Below are positions 1 through 11,944 of a stretch of 36,170 bases of DNA, piece after piece. Below the pieces are notes generated by a model that was given only the letters and a program-made list of their open reading frames with translations, was not told where the DNA came from and did no database searches. Source of the DNA: Candidatus Methanomethylicia archaeon (GTDB lineage: Archaea > Thermoproteota > Methanomethylicia > CALHIW01); the NCBI GenBank assembly GCA_038845975.1, contig JAWBQF010000028.1, positions 1 through 36,170 of the forward strand. Reading direction: 5' to 3'. The position numbers and the translations under genes are program-made. Numbering within the stretch: position 1 is the first letter of the stretch; each line of letters starts with the position of its first letter.

Positions 1-101
1 TACTTATTAAACAAGACATGGATTAATAAGAAGATAAAGCTAAGAATTCATAGAAACACAAAACAAAATAGAATAATCAACATGCTTAAGTTAACAAAGC
101 C
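1..101 (+). mobile_element. Right end of decayed IS6-family element (lineage A), truncated by window edge
   Basis: Aligns with 22580-22680 (ACATGGATTAA..AAAGCTAAGAATTCATAGAAA..CATGCTTAAGTT); ends GCTTAAGTTAACAAAGCC, reverse complement of the left end GGCTTTGTTAACTTTAG at 21963. Confidence 0.8.
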
Positions 102-109
102 TTACTAAG

Positions 110-625
110 AGACGTAGCAACTCAAGCTTACTTTCTATGTGGTTGTAGATGGTATGAATAGGTTTAGTATTCAATTTTTCTCTTATCATGTAGTTGTTAT
201 TGATACTTTAGTTCTCTACTGAGTAGTATCCTACTTTACTATACTTCTCTTACTGAAAGATACTTCTAAATGTGGTAGTTTAAGTTTTGAGAGGAAGTTG
301 TAGTACATTATCAATGAAGAATATTAATTCCATCATAATGCTTTAATACTTCATGAGAATTGTTTAAACATCATGATATTCCCCATATACTTCCATAGCG
401 AACTTGTCTGAAAACTCTTAAATATTGTTAAGACTTAACTAAACCAATAAGTTAACCACCAATAATTGGTTTCAGACAAACTCACAGAAAGCTATACTAG
501 AATCTTAACATCCAACAGAACTGCATTCTCCTCAAAAACTCCAAGACCTCTAGCCAAGCTCCTAGTACTAAGCATAAAAACAATAAATAGCAAAATTTTA
601 TGTAACTTATTAGGCGCCGTTGTCC
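110..625 (-). mobile_element. Decayed IS6-like element (lineage B), internally deleted and interrupted by a MITE
   Basis: Reverse complements of 484-620 and 300-399 align with 35830-35935 and 36108-36170; end AGACGTAGCAACTCAAG resembles GGATGTGGCAACTTAAG at 35814; broken frames read MLSTRSLARGLGVFEENAVLLDVKIL and RTKV..NNNY..YNHI. Confidence 0.6.
400..483. mobile_element. 84-bp MITE, copy 1
   Basis: Imperfect TIRs GAACTTGTCTGAAA / TTTCAGACAAACTC; inverted second copy at 21692-21780. Confidence 0.8.
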
Positions 626-712
626 TATATTATGCGTTAAGTTTAAATCTAGGGAAACTATTAATTCGTCAACTTATATATTCTGCTCTGTGTTAGTAAT
701 GGAGGATTATGA

Positions 713-958
713 ATGTCTACTCGAAAACTTAATATATTTAGTCACGTACTAGTACCTAAACATGAAATCCTAACTAAGGAAGAGGCTATTAAGATTCTAC
801 ATGAATTAAATGCTAAGCCTGAAGACCTTCCCTTAATTAAAGTATCAGACCCTGTAGTTAAAGCTCTTGGTGCAAAACCTGGAGATATTTTAAAAATATA
901 TAGAAGGAGTCCAACAGCAGGAGTAACCATAGCTTATAGATACGTTACTTCAAGGTGA
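713..958 (+). CDS. rpoH: RNA polymerase subunit H (Rpo5)
   Basis: HVLVPKHEIL, LPLIKVSDPV, GDILKIYRRSPTAG motifs; GGAGGA SD. Confidence 0.97.
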   Translation: MSTRKLNIFSHVLVPKHEILTKEEAIKILHELNAKPEDLPLIKVSDPVVKALGAKPGDILKIYRRSPTAGVTIAYRYVTSR

Positions 959-963
959 TTTAA

Positions 964-3900
964 GTGAACAACTCCATATCCTATAATGATAGATGGCTTC
1001 TAATAGAGTGTTTCATTAAAGAAAAGGGACTTGTAAGACAACATCTTGATAGTTACAATGCTTTAATTGAACATGGCCTTCAAAAAATCATTGATGAGAT
1101 AGGTATGATTTCAAGTAGTGTTGGTGATGTAATTATAAAATTTGGTAAAATAACAATTGGAGAACCCATAGTTAGGGAAGTTGATGGTACCGTCACAAAT
1201 ATTTATCCAATGGAAGCTAGACTTCGTAACTTAACTTATGCATCCCCACTATATTTAGAAATGTCAGTAGTTGAAGGTGGTATTGAGTATGAGCCTTCAA
1301 TAGTATATATTGGTGATTTTCCAGTAATGGTTAAATCGTCAATTTGCAGACTATCAAAACTATCACCGGAAGAACTTATAGCAAGAGGTGAAGATCCGAG
1401 TGATCCTGGAGGCTACTTTATAATAAATGGATCTGAAAGGGTTATAGTAACTCAAGAGGACTTAGCTGTAAATAAAGTTCTTGTCGATTACGGTCCTTCA
1501 GGCAGCTCAGTTACTCATGTTGCTAAGGTATTCAGTTCAACGGGTGCAACCCGTTCACCTGTTACACTTGAACGTTTAAAAAATGGAACAATACAAGTAT
1601 CAGTTTCCCATCTAATCCCAGGCAAAATACCCTTAGTAATAATGATGCGTGCCTTAGGTCTTGAAAAAGATAAAGAAATTTTAGATGCAGTTACAGATGA
1701 CCCTACACTAGCACAAGAACTATATCCATCATTTAATCAAGCATCATCAATACAAACTATTGATGATGCTCTTGACTTTATTGGTGGACGTATAGCAGTA
1801 GGGCAACCTCGTGAAGTAAGAATTCAGAGAGCTAAACAACTTCTTGACACTCATTTTTTACCTCATTTAGGTCCAAGTCCAGCTAATAGAATAAGAAAAG
1901 CGTATTTCTTAGGGCAAATGGCCTGCAGACTTCTAGAACTTGCTAATGGTTACAGGAAACCTGACGACAAAGACCATTATGCTAACAAAAGACTGAGATT
2001 AGCAGGTGACTTGCTTGCAAGCGTTTTTAGAGTGGCATTTAGAAGTCTTTGTAAAGATTTAAAATATCAACTTGACAAAATGCGTGGTAGAGTTAAGAAA
2101 ATTAATCTTGAAACCCTCATTAGAACTGACATAGTAACTGAACGTTTAAAACATGCACTTGCAACTGGTAACTGGGTTGGTGGAAAGGTTGGGGTTAGCC
2201 AGCTTTTAGATAGGACAAATATAGTTTCAACATTAAGTCACTTAAGAAGAGTAGTATCTCCATTAAGCAGAACTCAACCTCATTTTGAGGCACGTGATCT
2301 TCATGCTACACAATGGGGGCGTCTATGTCCAAATGAAAGTCCTGAAGGGCCAAACTGCGGTCTTATTAAACATTTGTCGCTAATGTCTTATATTTCTGTT
2401 GGTACCGATCCTCAGCCTATTTATGAATTCCTAGTAAATGCAGGCGTAATTCCAATTCAGAAAGCAAGAAGTGAGGGTATAAAGGGCACTAAGGTATTTC
2501 TTAATGGTGAGCTTATCGGCATACATCCTAAAGGAGAGCAGTTAGTTAGTTTAATCAGACGAGCAAGAAGAAATGGTGAGCTTAGTGATGAGGTTAATGT
2601 AGCATTTTATGATGAAAAATTTTCAGTTGAAATATATGTTAATTGTGACTCTGGTCGTGTTAGAAGACCATTGATAATAGTTGATAAAGGTAACTCTAAA
2701 TTAAAACCTGACCATATAGATAAGCTTAAGAAAAATAGATGGGAGTGGAAAGATCTTATAGTTAATGGTATAATTGAATACCTCGATGCTGATGAGGAGG
2801 AAAACGCTTATATAGCTGTAGATTTCTCTGATATAACTGAAGAACATACTCATGTCGAAATAGCGGCGCCTGCAATATTTGGTATAGCTGCATCTATAAT
2901 ATGCTATCCTGAACATAATCAATCACCAAGAAACTCGTACGAATGTGCCATGGCAAAACAAGCATTAAGTTTTCCTGCATCAAATCTCCTTGTTAGATTT
3001 GATAGTCGTGCACATTTACTGCATTACCCACAAAAACCACTAGTTACCACTAGAGGTATAAAGCTAGTAGGCTATGATAAACGTCCTGCAGGACAAAATT
3101 TTATTGTCGCTGTACTTTGTTACAATGGATATAATATGGAAGACGCTATTATTTTAAATAAGTCGTCTATTGACAGAGGTTTAGCAAGGTCGACTTTCTT
3201 TAGGTGTTATGAAACTGAAGAAAAAAAATATGTTGGCGGCCTTGAGGATAAAATTGAAATTCCGCCTGAAGACGTCGAAGGTTATAGGTCCCCAGATCTG
3301 TATAGGCATCTAAGTGAAGATGGAATAGTTGAACCTGAAATAGAAGTTAAAGGTGGCGACGTCCTTATTGGAAAAACAAGTCCTCCAAGGTTTGCTGAAG
3401 GGTACATAGAGCTTTCAGGTATTTCTATGCGAAGACATGAAACCTCTATTGTTATGAGGCATGGTGAAACTGGGATTATAGATTCAGTATTAATAACGGA
3501 ATCTATGGATGGAAACAAATTAGTTAAAGTTAGAGTTCGTGATCAACGTATTCCAGAACTTGGAGATAAGTTTGCCTCAAGACATGGACAGAAAGGTGTT
3601 GTAGGTCTTCTTGTTCCTCAGGAGGACATGCCGTTTACTAAGGATGGATTAGTTCCTGACTTAATCATTAATCCTCATGCTATTCCAGCCAGAATGACCG
3701 TTGGACAATTAATAGAAACAGTAGCCGGTAAAGTTGCATGTTTATTAGGTAGAGAAATTGATGGAACGGCCTTTTATGGTGAAAAAGAGAAGGATCTTAG
3801 AGAATGGTTAAAAAAACTTGGCTTTTCACCAACAGGAAAGGAAGTTCTATATGATGGCATAACAGGAGAGAAATATGAAGCTGAAATATTTATAGGAGTT

Positions 3901-4299
3901 GTCTACTATCAAAAGCTTCATCATATGGTTGCAGATAAAATACATGCACGTGCACGCGGTCCAGTTCAAATACTTACAAGACAACCAACAGAGGGAAGAG
4001 CAAGAGAAGGAGGATTAAGATTTGGTGAGATGGAGAGGGATTGTTTAATAGCACATGGTGCTTCCTCACTACTAAAAGAAAGATTGCTTGAAGAATCTGA
4101 TCTTTACCAGATATACGTATGTAATACTTGTGGACTACTAGCATATTATGATAAAAATAAGGACCGTCTATGGTGTCCTGTTTGTGGTGAGAGAGGTAAA
4201 GTAGCGTCAGTTATGGTATCTTATGCTTTTAAGCTATTACTTCAAGAACTTATGAGTTTAGGTATTGCTCCTAAACTAGTTATTGGAGAAAGGGTGTAA
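964..4299 (+). CDS. rpoB: RNA polymerase subunit B (Rpo2), unsplit
   Basis: GYFIINGSERV, GDKFASRHGQKG, GGLRFGEMERD, C-terminal Zn finger; GGTGA SD and GTG start. Confidence 0.99.
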   Translation: MNNSISYNDRWLLIECFIKEKGLVRQHLDSYNALIEHGLQKIIDEIGMISSSVGDVIIKFGKITIGEPIVREVDGTVTNIYPMEARLRNLTYASPLYLEMSVVEGGIEYEPSIVYIGDFPVMVKSSICRLSKLSPEELIARGEDPSDPGGYFIINGSERVIVTQEDLAVNKVLVDYGPSGSSVTHVAKVFSSTGATRSPVTLERLKNGTIQVSVSHLIPGKIPLVIMMRALGLEKDKEILDAVTDDPTLAQELYPSFNQASSIQTIDDALDFIGGRIAVGQPREVRIQRAKQLLDTHFLPHLGPSPANRIRKAYFLGQMACRLLELANGYRKPDDKDHYANKRLRLAGDLLASVFRVAFRSLCKDLKYQLDKMRGRVKKINLETLIRTDIVTERLKHALATGNWVGGKVGVSQLLDRTNIVSTLSHLRRVVSPLSRTQPHFEARDLHATQWGRLCPNESPEGPNCGLIKHLSLMSYISVGTDPQPIYEFLVNAGVIPIQKARSEGIKGTKVFLNGELIGIHPKGEQLVSLIRRARRNGELSDEVNVAFYDEKFSVEIYVNCDSGRVRRPLIIVDKGNSKLKPDHIDKLKKNRWEWKDLIVNGIIEYLDADEEENAYIAVDFSDITEEHTHVEIAAPAIFGIAASIICYPEHNQSPRNSYECAMAKQALSFPASNLLVRFDSRAHLLHYPQKPLVTTRGIKLVGYDKRPAGQNFIVAVLCYNGYNMEDAIILNKSSIDRGLARSTFFRCYETEEKKYVGGLEDKIEIPPEDVEGYRSPDLYRHLSEDGIVEPEIEVKGGDVLIGKTSPPRFAEGYIELSGISMRRHETSIVMRHGETGIIDSVLITESMDGNKLVKVRVRDQRIPELGDKFASRHGQKGVVGLLVPQEDMPFTKDGLVPDLIINPHAIPARMTVGQLIETVAGKVACLLGREIDGTAFYGEKEKDLREWLKKLGFSPTGKEVLYDGITGEKYEAEIFIGVVYYQKLHHMVADKIHARARGPVQILTRQPTEGRAREGGLRFGEMERDCLIAHGASSLLKERLLEESDLYQIYVCNTCGLLAYYDKNKDRLWCPVCGERGKVASVMVSYAFKLLLQELMSLGIAPKLVIGERV

Positions 4300-4301
4300 A
4301 A

Positions 4302-6953
4302 ATGTCGGCTTCTTTAACTACCTACATTAAGGCAATGAAGTTTAGCTTGCTCTCACCAGAAATTATTAGAAAAATGTCTGCAGCTCAAATAATTACCTCT
4401 GATACCTATGATGAAGATGGATTACCTATTGAGGGAGGATTAATGGATAGACGTTTAGGAACTATAGAACCAGGCCGTGCATGCCGTACATGTGGAAACT
4501 TTGTTGGAAAATGTCCAGGACATTTTGGACATATAGAATTAACACGTCCAGTTATACATGTAGGTTTTGCTAAAGTAATTTATAATTTGTTAAGAGCAAT
4601 ATGTCGTGAATGCAGTTCGCTCTTAATTAATCCTAAAGATAAAGATCGATATCTAAAATTATTAGCAAAGTATGAAAAGACATCATTAAGATTAATACGA
4701 GCATTAACAAATCATATTTTTAAGAAGATAGTAAAAAATCCCCTAAAAATCTGTCCAAAATGTGGTGCTGAACAATATTTAATAAAGCTTGAAAAGCCTA
4801 CTTCCTTTTATGAGGAAAGACCTGAGGGATCTATTCAGCTAAGTCCAAGTGATATTAGATCCAGATTTGAAAAAATATCTAATGATGATATTAGACTTCT
4901 TGGCTTTGATCCGGAATGCGCTAGACCGGAATGGATGATTTTAACGGTATTGCCTGTTCCTCCAATTGCAGTTAGGCCATCAATAACTCTTGAATCTGGA
5001 ATACGTTCAGAAGATGATTTAACACATAAACTTGTAGATGTTGTTAGGGCAAATCAACGTCTACGTGAAGTTATCGAATTCGGGGCCCCTCAATTGATAA
5101 TTGATGACCATTACAACCTTCTCCAATATCACATAAATACCTACTTTGACAATGAAATTCCCGGAATCCCTCCTGCAAGACATAGAACTGGTAGAAACAT
5201 CAGAGCACTTGCACAAAGACTAAAGGGGAAGGAAGGCAGGTTTAGAAGTAACCTTTCAGGTAAGCGTGTAGATTTTTCATCTCGTACTGTGATTTCTCCG
5301 GATCCAAATTTAAGCATTAATGAAGTAGGTGTCCCTATAGAAATTGCAAAAGTTTTAACGGTTCCTGAGAGAGTAACGTTTTATAATATAGAATGGCTTA
5401 AAGAACTCGTAAAAAGAGGACCATTTGAATATCCTGGGGCAAATTACATAGTTAGACCAGATGGTAGGAGAATTGATTTAAGATATCCAAAAGATAGAAA
5501 CTCAATAGCTGAGGCATTAGAGATTGGAGCAGTAGTTGAAAGACATCTTCAAGATGGTGATGTTGTTCTATTTAATAGGCAACCATCCTTACATAGAATG
5601 TCGATGATGGCTCATAAAGTAAGAGTTCTTCCATACAGAACTTTTAGATTAAACCTATGTGTTTGCCCACCATATAATGCTGATTTTGATGGTGATGAAA
5701 TGAATTTACATGTACCTGAAAGTGAAGAAGCTAGAGCTGAGGCTGAAGTTTTAATGCTAGTACAAGAGCATATATCCTCACCAAGATATGGCGGGCCAAT
5801 AATTGGTGCTATACAAGATTATATAACGGGAGCTTTCTTACTAAGTTTAAGATCGACATTATTAAGCAGAGAAGAAGTCATAATGCTCCTCTCTAAAGCC
5901 GATTACCAAGGAACATTACCGCCACCCGCTATAAGGAAACCAGCTGAATATTGGACTGGAAAACAAGTCATAAGTATGCTAATTCCAAGAAATATAAACA
6001 TGATATTGAAAGCTAATACATGTGAAAAATGCTTTGAGTGCTTGAAGGAATTATGTCCATATGATGCTTACGTTATTATTAGAGAAGGAGAATTATTAAC
6101 TGGAGTTATAGATAAAAGAACCATTGGCGCGCAAGTTTCTGAAAGCCTCATTCATAGGATAATTAAAGAAAATGGAACAAGCAAAGCAGCTGAATTTATA
6201 GATAAAGTTTTTAAACTCTTTCTATGGTATATATCCACTAGAGGATTTACTACAGGTATAGATGATGAAGACATACCTGAGGAAGCCCAAAAAAGAATTA
6301 AAGAAATACTTAATAGGGCAAAGGAGAAGGTTAAGCTCGCTATAGAATCTTATAAGGCAGGAGAGTTAAAAGCTATGCCCGGCCAAACATTAGAGGAAAC
6401 TTTAGAATCTGAAATAATGAAAATATTAAGTGAAGCTAGAGACTCAACAGGTAAAATTGCAGAATCATATCTTAAACCCGGAACTCCAGCTGTTACTATG
6501 GCTAAAACAGGAGCTAGAGGAAGTATATTAAATATGATTCAGATGATAACATGTGTTGGACAACAGTCCCAAAGAGGTAAAAGGATTAATAGGGGATATA
6601 GAGATCGTACATTACCCCACTTTAAGAAGGGAGATTTAGGTCCTGAAGCAAAAGGTTTTATTGTAAGCTCATATAAGACTGGTTTAAGTCCAACTGAATT
6701 CTTTTTCCATGCTATTAGTGGCAGAGAAGCTTTAGTTGATACTGCAGTACGTACATCTCAAAGTGGTTACATGCAAAGAAGATTAATAAATGCTCTTCAA
6801 GACATACATGTAGATTATAACGAATCAGTTAGAGATTCGGATGGGCATATTATTCAGTTTAAGTATGGTGAGGATGGCGTCGATCCATCAAAAAGCGATC
6901 ACGGTAAAGCCGTTAATATTGATAAAATTATAGAAAGTGTCTTAGGTGCTTAA
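4302..6953 (+). CDS. rpoA1: RNA polymerase subunit A' (Rpo1N)
   Basis: Catalytic [17 protein letters not shown], bridge helix [16 protein letters not shown]. Confidence 0.99.
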   Translation: MSASLTTYIKAMKFSLLSPEIIRKMSAAQIITSDTYDEDGLPIEGGLMDRRLGTIEPGRACRTCGNFVGKCPGHFGHIELTRPVIHVGFAKVIYNLLRAICRECSSLLINPKDKDRYLKLLAKYEKTSLRLIRALTNHIFKKIVKNPLKICPKCGAEQYLIKLEKPTSFYEERPEGSIQLSPSDIRSRFEKISNDDIRLLGFDPECARPEWMILTVLPVPPIAVRPSITLESGIRSEDDLTHKLVDVVRANQRLREVIEFGAPQLIIDDHYNLLQYHINTYFDNEIPGIPPARHRTGRNIRALAQRLKGKEGRFRSNLSGKRVDFSSRTVISPDPNLSINEVGVPIEIAKVLTVPERVTFYNIEWLKELVKRGPFEYPGANYIVRPDGRRIDLRYPKDRNSIAEALEIGAVVERHLQDGDVVLFNRQPSLHRMSMMAHKVRVLPYRTFRLNLCVCPPYNADFDGDEMNLHVPESEEARAEAEVLMLVQEHISSPRYGGPIIGAIQDYITGAFLLSLRSTLLSREEVIMLLSKADYQGTLPPPAIRKPAEYWTGKQVISMLIPRNINMILKANTCEKCFECLKELCPYDAYVIIREGELLTGVIDKRTIGAQVSESLIHRIIKENGTSKAAEFIDKVFKLFLWYISTRGFTTGIDDEDIPEEAQKRIKEILNRAKEKVKLAIESYKAGELKAMPGQTLEETLESEIMKILSEARDSTGKIAESYLKPGTPAVTMAKTGARGSILNMIQMITCVGQQSQRGKRINRGYRDRTLPHFKKGDLGPEAKGFIVSSYKTGLSPTEFFFHAISGREALVDTAVRTSQSGYMQRRLINALQDIHVDYNESVRDSDGHIIQFKYGEDGVDPSKSDHGKAVNIDKIIESVLGA

Positions 6954-6955
6954 TT

Positions 6956-8128
6956 ATGGCTTTAACGATCAACATAATAAACGAGAAAATAAATCAGATT
7001 ACTGATAAATTACCCCCATCAATTGTTGAAGAACTTCGCGAAAAATTAATAAAACTTCTAGATAAATTAAGTGAGGATACATTATCAGTTATAATTAACA
7101 AAGTAGTTTCAGCCTATAATTCAGCTCAAGTTGAACCATGCGAAGCTGTAGGTACTATTGCAGCTCAATCTATCGGTGAACCAGGTACACAAATGACATT
7201 AAGAACTTTTCACTTTGCAGGTGTTAGAGAACTCAACGTAACATTAGGTTTACCTAGATTAATCGAAATAGTTGACGCTAAAAAGACCCCCTCAACACCA
7301 CAAATGACAATATATCTTGATGAAAACCATAGGTATGATCTTGAAAAAGCAAAAGAGGTTGCAAATAAAATCGAGCAAATCACTGTTGAAAACGTAACGT
7401 CCTCGATTGAAACAGATCTTCTAACAGGTACTTTAATTGTAAATTTAGATCTTGACGTCCTTGAAGATAAAGGGCTAACTCCAGATGATGTAAGAAAAAC
7501 ACTTTCTAAAATTAGAGGTGTTGACGTTACGATGGAGGATAATCAAAGACTAATTGTTCAACTCAGTTCCTCGCTTGATTTTGTGAAACTTCAAAGATTG
7601 AGAGATAAAGTACTAACTACGAAATTGAAGGGCATAACAGGTATAACAAGAGTAGTAATAAGAAAACAGCAAGATGAATGGGTATTACTGACCGAAGGGT
7701 CAAACTTAGCCTCAGTACTAACAGTAAAGGGAGTAGACCCCACACGTACTACAACCAATAATATCTTTGAAATAATGGAAGTTTTAGGTATTGAAGCTGC
7801 AAGGAATGCCATAGTTAATGAAATGATGGGAGTTTTAACTGAGCAGGGATTGGATGTTAATATAAGACATGTTATGCTTGTAGCTGACTTGATGACGAGA
7901 AGCGGCACTATCAAACAGATTGGCCGTCATGGAGTAAGTGGTGAGAAAACGAGTGTACTAGCTAGAGCAGCTTTTGAAGTTACAGTAAAACATTTATTAG
8001 ATGCTAGTATTAGGGGGGAAATAGATGAACTAAAAGGTGTAGTAGAAAACGTGATCGTAGGACAACCAATTCCTGTTGGAACAGGTAAAGTTGAACTCTA
8101 TGCCATTCTTAGTTCTATGATAGGGTGA
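6956..8128 (+). CDS. rpoA2: RNA polymerase subunit A'' (Rpo1C)
   Basis: Trigger loop [21 protein letters not shown]; [14 protein letters not shown]. Confidence 0.99.
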   Translation: MALTINIINEKINQITDKLPPSIVEELREKLIKLLDKLSEDTLSVIINKVVSAYNSAQVEPCEAVGTIAAQSIGEPGTQMTLRTFHFAGVRELNVTLGLPRLIEIVDAKKTPSTPQMTIYLDENHRYDLEKAKEVANKIEQITVENVTSSIETDLLTGTLIVNLDLDVLEDKGLTPDDVRKTLSKIRGVDVTMEDNQRLIVQLSSSLDFVKLQRLRDKVLTTKLKGITGITRVVIRKQQDEWVLLTEGSNLASVLTVKGVDPTRTTTNNIFEIMEVLGIEAARNAIVNEMMGVLTEQGLDVNIRHVMLVADLMTRSGTIKQIGRHGVSGEKTSVLARAAFEVTVKHLLDASIRGEIDELKGVVENVIVGQPIPVGTGKVELYAILSSMIG

Positions 8129-8133
8129 ACTGA

Positions 8134-8454
8134 ATGACAATTGATATTGAGAAAGAGCTTAAGGTAGCTTTTAAGACTGGAAAAGTAACTTATGGGTATA
8201 AATCTTCAATAAAATCAATAATTCATGGAAGGGCTAAGTTAGTCATCATTGCCGAAAATATGCCTAAAATTATGAAAGACCGTATTATTCGACTGTCTAA
8301 ATCTTTAAATGTACACGTATATACATTCCCTGGTTCAAGTTTAAGCTTAGGTAGTCTATGTGATAAACCATTCTTTATATCATCAATAGTTATAGAAGAC
8401 CCCGGTGAATCAGAAATATTACAAATTCAGGAGGATAACTATGCCCACCATTAA
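8134..8454 (+). CDS. rpl30e: 50S ribosomal protein L30e
   Basis: KTGKVTYG, AKLVIIAEN, LGSLCDKPF; conserved position after rpoA2. Confidence 0.95.
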   Translation: MTIDIEKELKVAFKTGKVTYGYKSSIKSIIHGRAKLVIIAENMPKIMKDRIIRLSKSLNVHVYTFPGSSLSLGSLCDKPFFISSIVIEDPGESEILQIQEDNYAHH

Positions 8455-8875
8455 ATTAGCATCAGATGAAATTAGATATATTGCATTGTTTGAAACTTTA
8501 ACTGGTGCACAAGTAAGAGATTGTATAATCGACGATGATAATAATCGCATAATTTTTATTGTAAATCCAGGATATGCTGGAATCGCAATAGGCAAAAACG
8601 GTGTAAATATCAAAAGAATTAAAAAAGTAATCGGCAAGAACATAGAAATTGTTGAATATGCAGAGAATATCGAACAATTTGTGAAAAACGCTTTATACCC
8701 AGCAAGAGTTAAGCTAGTTAAAGTATCTACTCTACCAGATGACAGAAAGACAGCATCCATAGCTGTGGATCCTGTAGATAAAGGATTTGCTATAGGTAAA
8801 GATGGAAGGAATATTCAAAAAGTTAAATTGATTTTAAAAAGATACTTCGACATAAGTAATGTGATAGTAGCTTAG
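8441..8875 (+). CDS. nusA: Archaeal NusA (KH-domain)
   Basis: Two KH motifs AIGKNG and AIGKDG; ATG 8441 follows GGAGGA. Confidence 0.95.
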   Translation: MPTIKLASDEIRYIALFETLTGAQVRDCIIDDDNNRIIFIVNPGYAGIAIGKNGVNIKRIKKVIGKNIEIVEYAENIEQFVKNALYPARVKLVKVSTLPDDRKTASIAVDPVDKGFAIGKDGRNIQKVKLILKRYFDISNVIVA

Positions 8876-8888
8876 CAAAATTTATAAA
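8875..8888 (+). promoter_or_regulatory. Putative BRE/TATA promoter for rps12-rps7
   Basis: GCAAAA-TTTATAAA about 20 nt upstream of rps12 ATG. Confidence 0.5.
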
Positions 8889-8908
8889 TTTAATCACCAG
8901 TGAGCATT

Positions 8909-9349
8909 ATGGCTAAAAAATCCCCTCGAGGACTATATGCTGCAAGAAATCTAAGACGGAAACGACAGGAATTCAGATGGTGCTATAGACATTATAAACG
9001 AAGAATGCTAAGACTTGATGAAAAAGTAGATCCGCTTGAAGGTGCGCCCATGGCCAGAGGTATTGTCTTAGAAAAAGTAGGAATTGAATCACGTCAACCA
9101 AACTCAGCTGTACGTAAATGTGTACGTGTACAATTAATAAAAAATGGAAGGCAAGTCACAGCATTTCTTCCAGGTGATGGTGCATTAAATTTCGTAGACG
9201 AACATGATGAGGTTATAATTTGCGGAATAGGTGGACCTATGGGTAAAGCTTATGGAGATCTTCCAGGTGTTAGATATCAAGTTATAAAGGTTAACGGTGT
9301 TTCATTGAAAGCATTACTATTAGGTAAGAAGCAAAAGCCTGTAAGGTAA
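8909..9349 (+). CDS. rps12: 30S ribosomal protein S12 (uS12)
   Basis: [23 protein letters not shown]. Confidence 0.98.
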   Translation: MAKKSPRGLYAARNLRRKRQEFRWCYRHYKRRMLRLDEKVDPLEGAPMARGIVLEKVGIESRQPNSAVRKCVRVQLIKNGRQVTAFLPGDGALNFVDEHDEVIICGIGGPMGKAYGDLPGVRYQVIKVNGVSLKALLLGKKQKPVR

Positions 9350-9355
9350 TCACTT

Positions 9356-9979
9356 ATGGTATCTAATTCAGCTAATAATTCCTACCTAAGTAGCAATCAA
9401 AAAATTCTTTTATTTGGTAAATGGTCCTTTGATGATATCAAGATAGAAGATCCCGGTTTAGCTAGGTATATTTGCCTTAAACCTATCTATATACCTCATT
9501 CTGGAGGTAGACATGCTAAAGAGAGATTTAAAAAAAGTACGGTACCAATAGTAGAAAGACTTGTAAATAACTTAATGCATAAGCCAGGCACTAAAAATCC
9601 TGGAAAAAATTCTGGTAAAAAAATACTAGCTATTAATATTGTAAAGCATGCTTTTGACATTATTTATTTAAAAACAGGAAAAAATCCAATACAAGTACTT
9701 GTAAAAGCTATAGAAAATGCTGGACCAAGAGAAGAAACAACAAGGATAGCATATGGTGGAGTTGTATATCATGTTTCAGTTGATGTGGCACCTCAAAGAA
9801 GGGTTGATCTTGCATTACGTCATATAGCTCAAGGAGCCCGATTAATGACATTTAGAAGCCCTAAGCCAATAGAAGAATGTTTAGCCGATGAAATAATATC
9901 AACTGCTAATAATGATCCAAAATCATATGCAATACAGAAAAAGGATGAAATAGAAAGAATAGCTTTTGCCTCAAGATAA
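9356..9979 (+). CDS. rps7: 30S ribosomal protein S7 (uS7)
   Basis: [39 protein letters not shown]. Confidence 0.98.
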   Translation: MVSNSANNSYLSSNQKILLFGKWSFDDIKIEDPGLARYICLKPIYIPHSGGRHAKERFKKSTVPIVERLVNNLMHKPGTKNPGKNSGKKILAINIVKHAFDIIYLKTGKNPIQVLVKAIENAGPREETTRIAYGGVVYHVSVDVAPQRRVDLALRHIAQGARLMTFRSPKPIEECLADEIISTANNDPKSYAIQKKDEIERIAFASR

Positions 9980-10061
9980 GATATACGTAATCTAATTTTC
10001 TATAAATTAAATTAAGTTCTTTTATTCCTTTTGTTTATATAGTTACTGACTATCAAATGCT

Positions 10062-10122
10062 AGATGAGGAATGAAATATTATTTAACTCTACTACTTTAT
10101 GATCCTTGCCCACTCTATGAAT
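10062..10122 (+). ncRNA. Candidate box C/D guide sRNA (degenerate boxes)
   Basis: TTTATATA about 22 nt upstream; ATGAGGA (C-like), TTTATGA (C'-like), GC-richer 14-nt segment TCCTTGCCCACTCT, ATGA (D-like); no clear D' box. Confidence 0.3.
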
Positions 10123-10275
10123 TGACAAATACTAATACATTCCGTACTTCTTATTACCATATTGTATTATATATTCTAATGTGTAGTGCTATGAAAAACT
10201 TATATTATAGTATCAATACATAATATACCAAAAAGTTTAATTAATAGCTTAAATCCATAGTTGAGGGGGAAGTAT

Positions 10276-11580
10276 ATGTCATCTAGTAAGCCACACTTAA
10301 ACCTAGTAGTGATTGGACATGTAGATCATGGTAAAAGTACAACAACAGGCCATTTACTATTCCTAACAGGTCACTTAGATCAAAGAACGCTACAGCAAAT
10401 AGAGGAAGAAGCCAAAAAATCCGGTAAGGAATTTGCAAAATATGCGTGGGTTCTTGATAAATTAAAAGAAGAACGCGAAAGGGATATGACCATTGATTTG
10501 TCATTTTGGAAATTCGAAACCCCAAAGTACTACTTTACAATAATTGATTGTCCAGGACATAGAGACTTCGTTAAGAACATGATAACCGGAACTTCTCAAG
10601 CTGATGCAGCTTTACTTGTAGTTTCAGCTAAGAAAGGCGAAACAGAAGCCGGTATTGGACCTGCTGGTCAGACAAGAGAACATGTATTTCTTGCAAGGAC
10701 TTTAGGAATTACACAGTTAGTAGCTGTGATAAATAAAATGGATGATCCATCAGTAAACTGGAGTGAAGCAAGATTTAAAGAGGTTAAAGAAGCTTTAGGA
10801 AAGCTATTAATGACTGTAGGCTACGATCCATCTAAGATAATATTTGTACCAATATCAGCATGGTATGGAGACAATATTGTTAAAAGAAGCGAACATATGA
10901 CATGGTATAAAGGACCAACATTATATGAAGCTCTTGACACCTTTACTGAACCACCAAAACCAATTGACAAGCCATTAAGAATTCCACTGCAAAGTGTTCT
11001 TTCAATAGCAGGTGTTGGTACAGTACCTGTTGGGAGGGTTGAAACTGGAGTATTAAAAGTTGGTGATGTAGTAGTATTCCTACCTGCAAATAAGAGCGGC
11101 GAGGTTAAGTCAATCGAAATGCATCATACTAGGCTCGAAAAGGCAATACCTGGAGATAACATAGGGTTTAATGTAAAGGGATTAAGTAAAGCTGATATTA
11201 GACGTGGTGATGTAGCTGGACACACTACCAAACCACCAACTGTAGTTGAGGAATTTATAGGACAAATCTTCGTGCTTTATCATCCAACAGCAATCGCAGC
11301 TGGATATACACCTGTTCTTCATGTACACACATCAACAACCCCATGTAGATTTGATGCACTCTTAAAGAAAATAAATCCAAGAACTGGTGAAACAATAGAA
11401 GAAGAGCCGAAATTTATTAAACAAGGAGATAGCGCACTAGTAAAGTTTAAGCCACTAAAGCCTGTTGTAATTGAAAAATACTCTGAAATTCCTCAGCTTG
11501 GACGATTTGCAATAAGAGATATGGGACGAACAATAGCTGCCGGTATAGTGAAAGACATAAAGCCTGCAGTTGTGAAATAG
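10276..11580 (+). CDS. tuf: Elongation factor 1-alpha
   Basis: [30 protein letters not shown]; ATG 10276 after GAGGGGG. Confidence 0.99.
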   Translation: MSSSKPHLNLVVIGHVDHGKSTTTGHLLFLTGHLDQRTLQQIEEEAKKSGKEFAKYAWVLDKLKEERERDMTIDLSFWKFETPKYYFTIIDCPGHRDFVKNMITGTSQADAALLVVSAKKGETEAGIGPAGQTREHVFLARTLGITQLVAVINKMDDPSVNWSEARFKEVKEALGKLLMTVGYDPSKIIFVPISAWYGDNIVKRSEHMTWYKGPTLYEALDTFTEPPKPIDKPLRIPLQSVLSIAGVGTVPVGRVETGVLKVGDVVVFLPANKSGEVKSIEMHHTRLEKAIPGDNIGFNVKGLSKADIRRGDVAGHTTKPPTVVEEFIGQIFVLYHPTAIAAGYTPVLHVHTSTTPCRFDALLKKINPRTGETIEEEPKFIKQGDSALVKFKPLKPVVIEKYSEIPQLGRFAIRDMGRTIAAGIVKDIKPAVVK

Positions 11581-11598
11581 ACCTAAAGATGAACTGAA

Positions 11599-11907
11599 AT
11601 GCCACAAAAAGCCAGGATCAGACTTAGTAGTTCAAATCTAGAAAAGCTTACAAATGTTTGTAATGAAATAAAAGAAATTGCAAAGAAAAATGGTATTAAA
11701 GTCTCAGGTCCAATTCCATTGCCGGTTAAAAGACTTATTGTAACAACAAGAAAAGCTCCGAGTGGGCAGGGTAGCCACACATTTGATCATTGGGAAATGC
11801 GAGTACATAAAAGGCTAATAGATATAGATGCTGATGATAGAACACTACGTCAAATAATGAGGGTACCAATACCTGACGAGGTTTATATAGAAATCGAGTT
11901 AATATAA
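11599..11907 (+). CDS. rps10: 30S ribosomal protein S10 (uS10)
   Basis: [27 protein letters not shown]. Confidence 0.98.
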   Translation: MPQKARIRLSSSNLEKLTNVCNEIKEIAKKNGIKVSGPIPLPVKRLIVTTRKAPSGQGSHTFDHWEMRVHKRLIDIDADDRTLRQIMRVPIPDEVYIEIELI

Positions 11908-11944
11908 AAGTAACATTTTTATTTCATATTTATCATCACTCACT

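Noticed and set aside
466-696. 76-aa ORF upstream of rpoH
   Set aside because: Starts within a MITE and runs antisense through an IS relic; no SD or recognisable motif
9980-10275. Absence of fusA between rps7 and tuf
   Set aside because: Usual arrangement in crenarchaeal-type genomes; no fusA remnant seen
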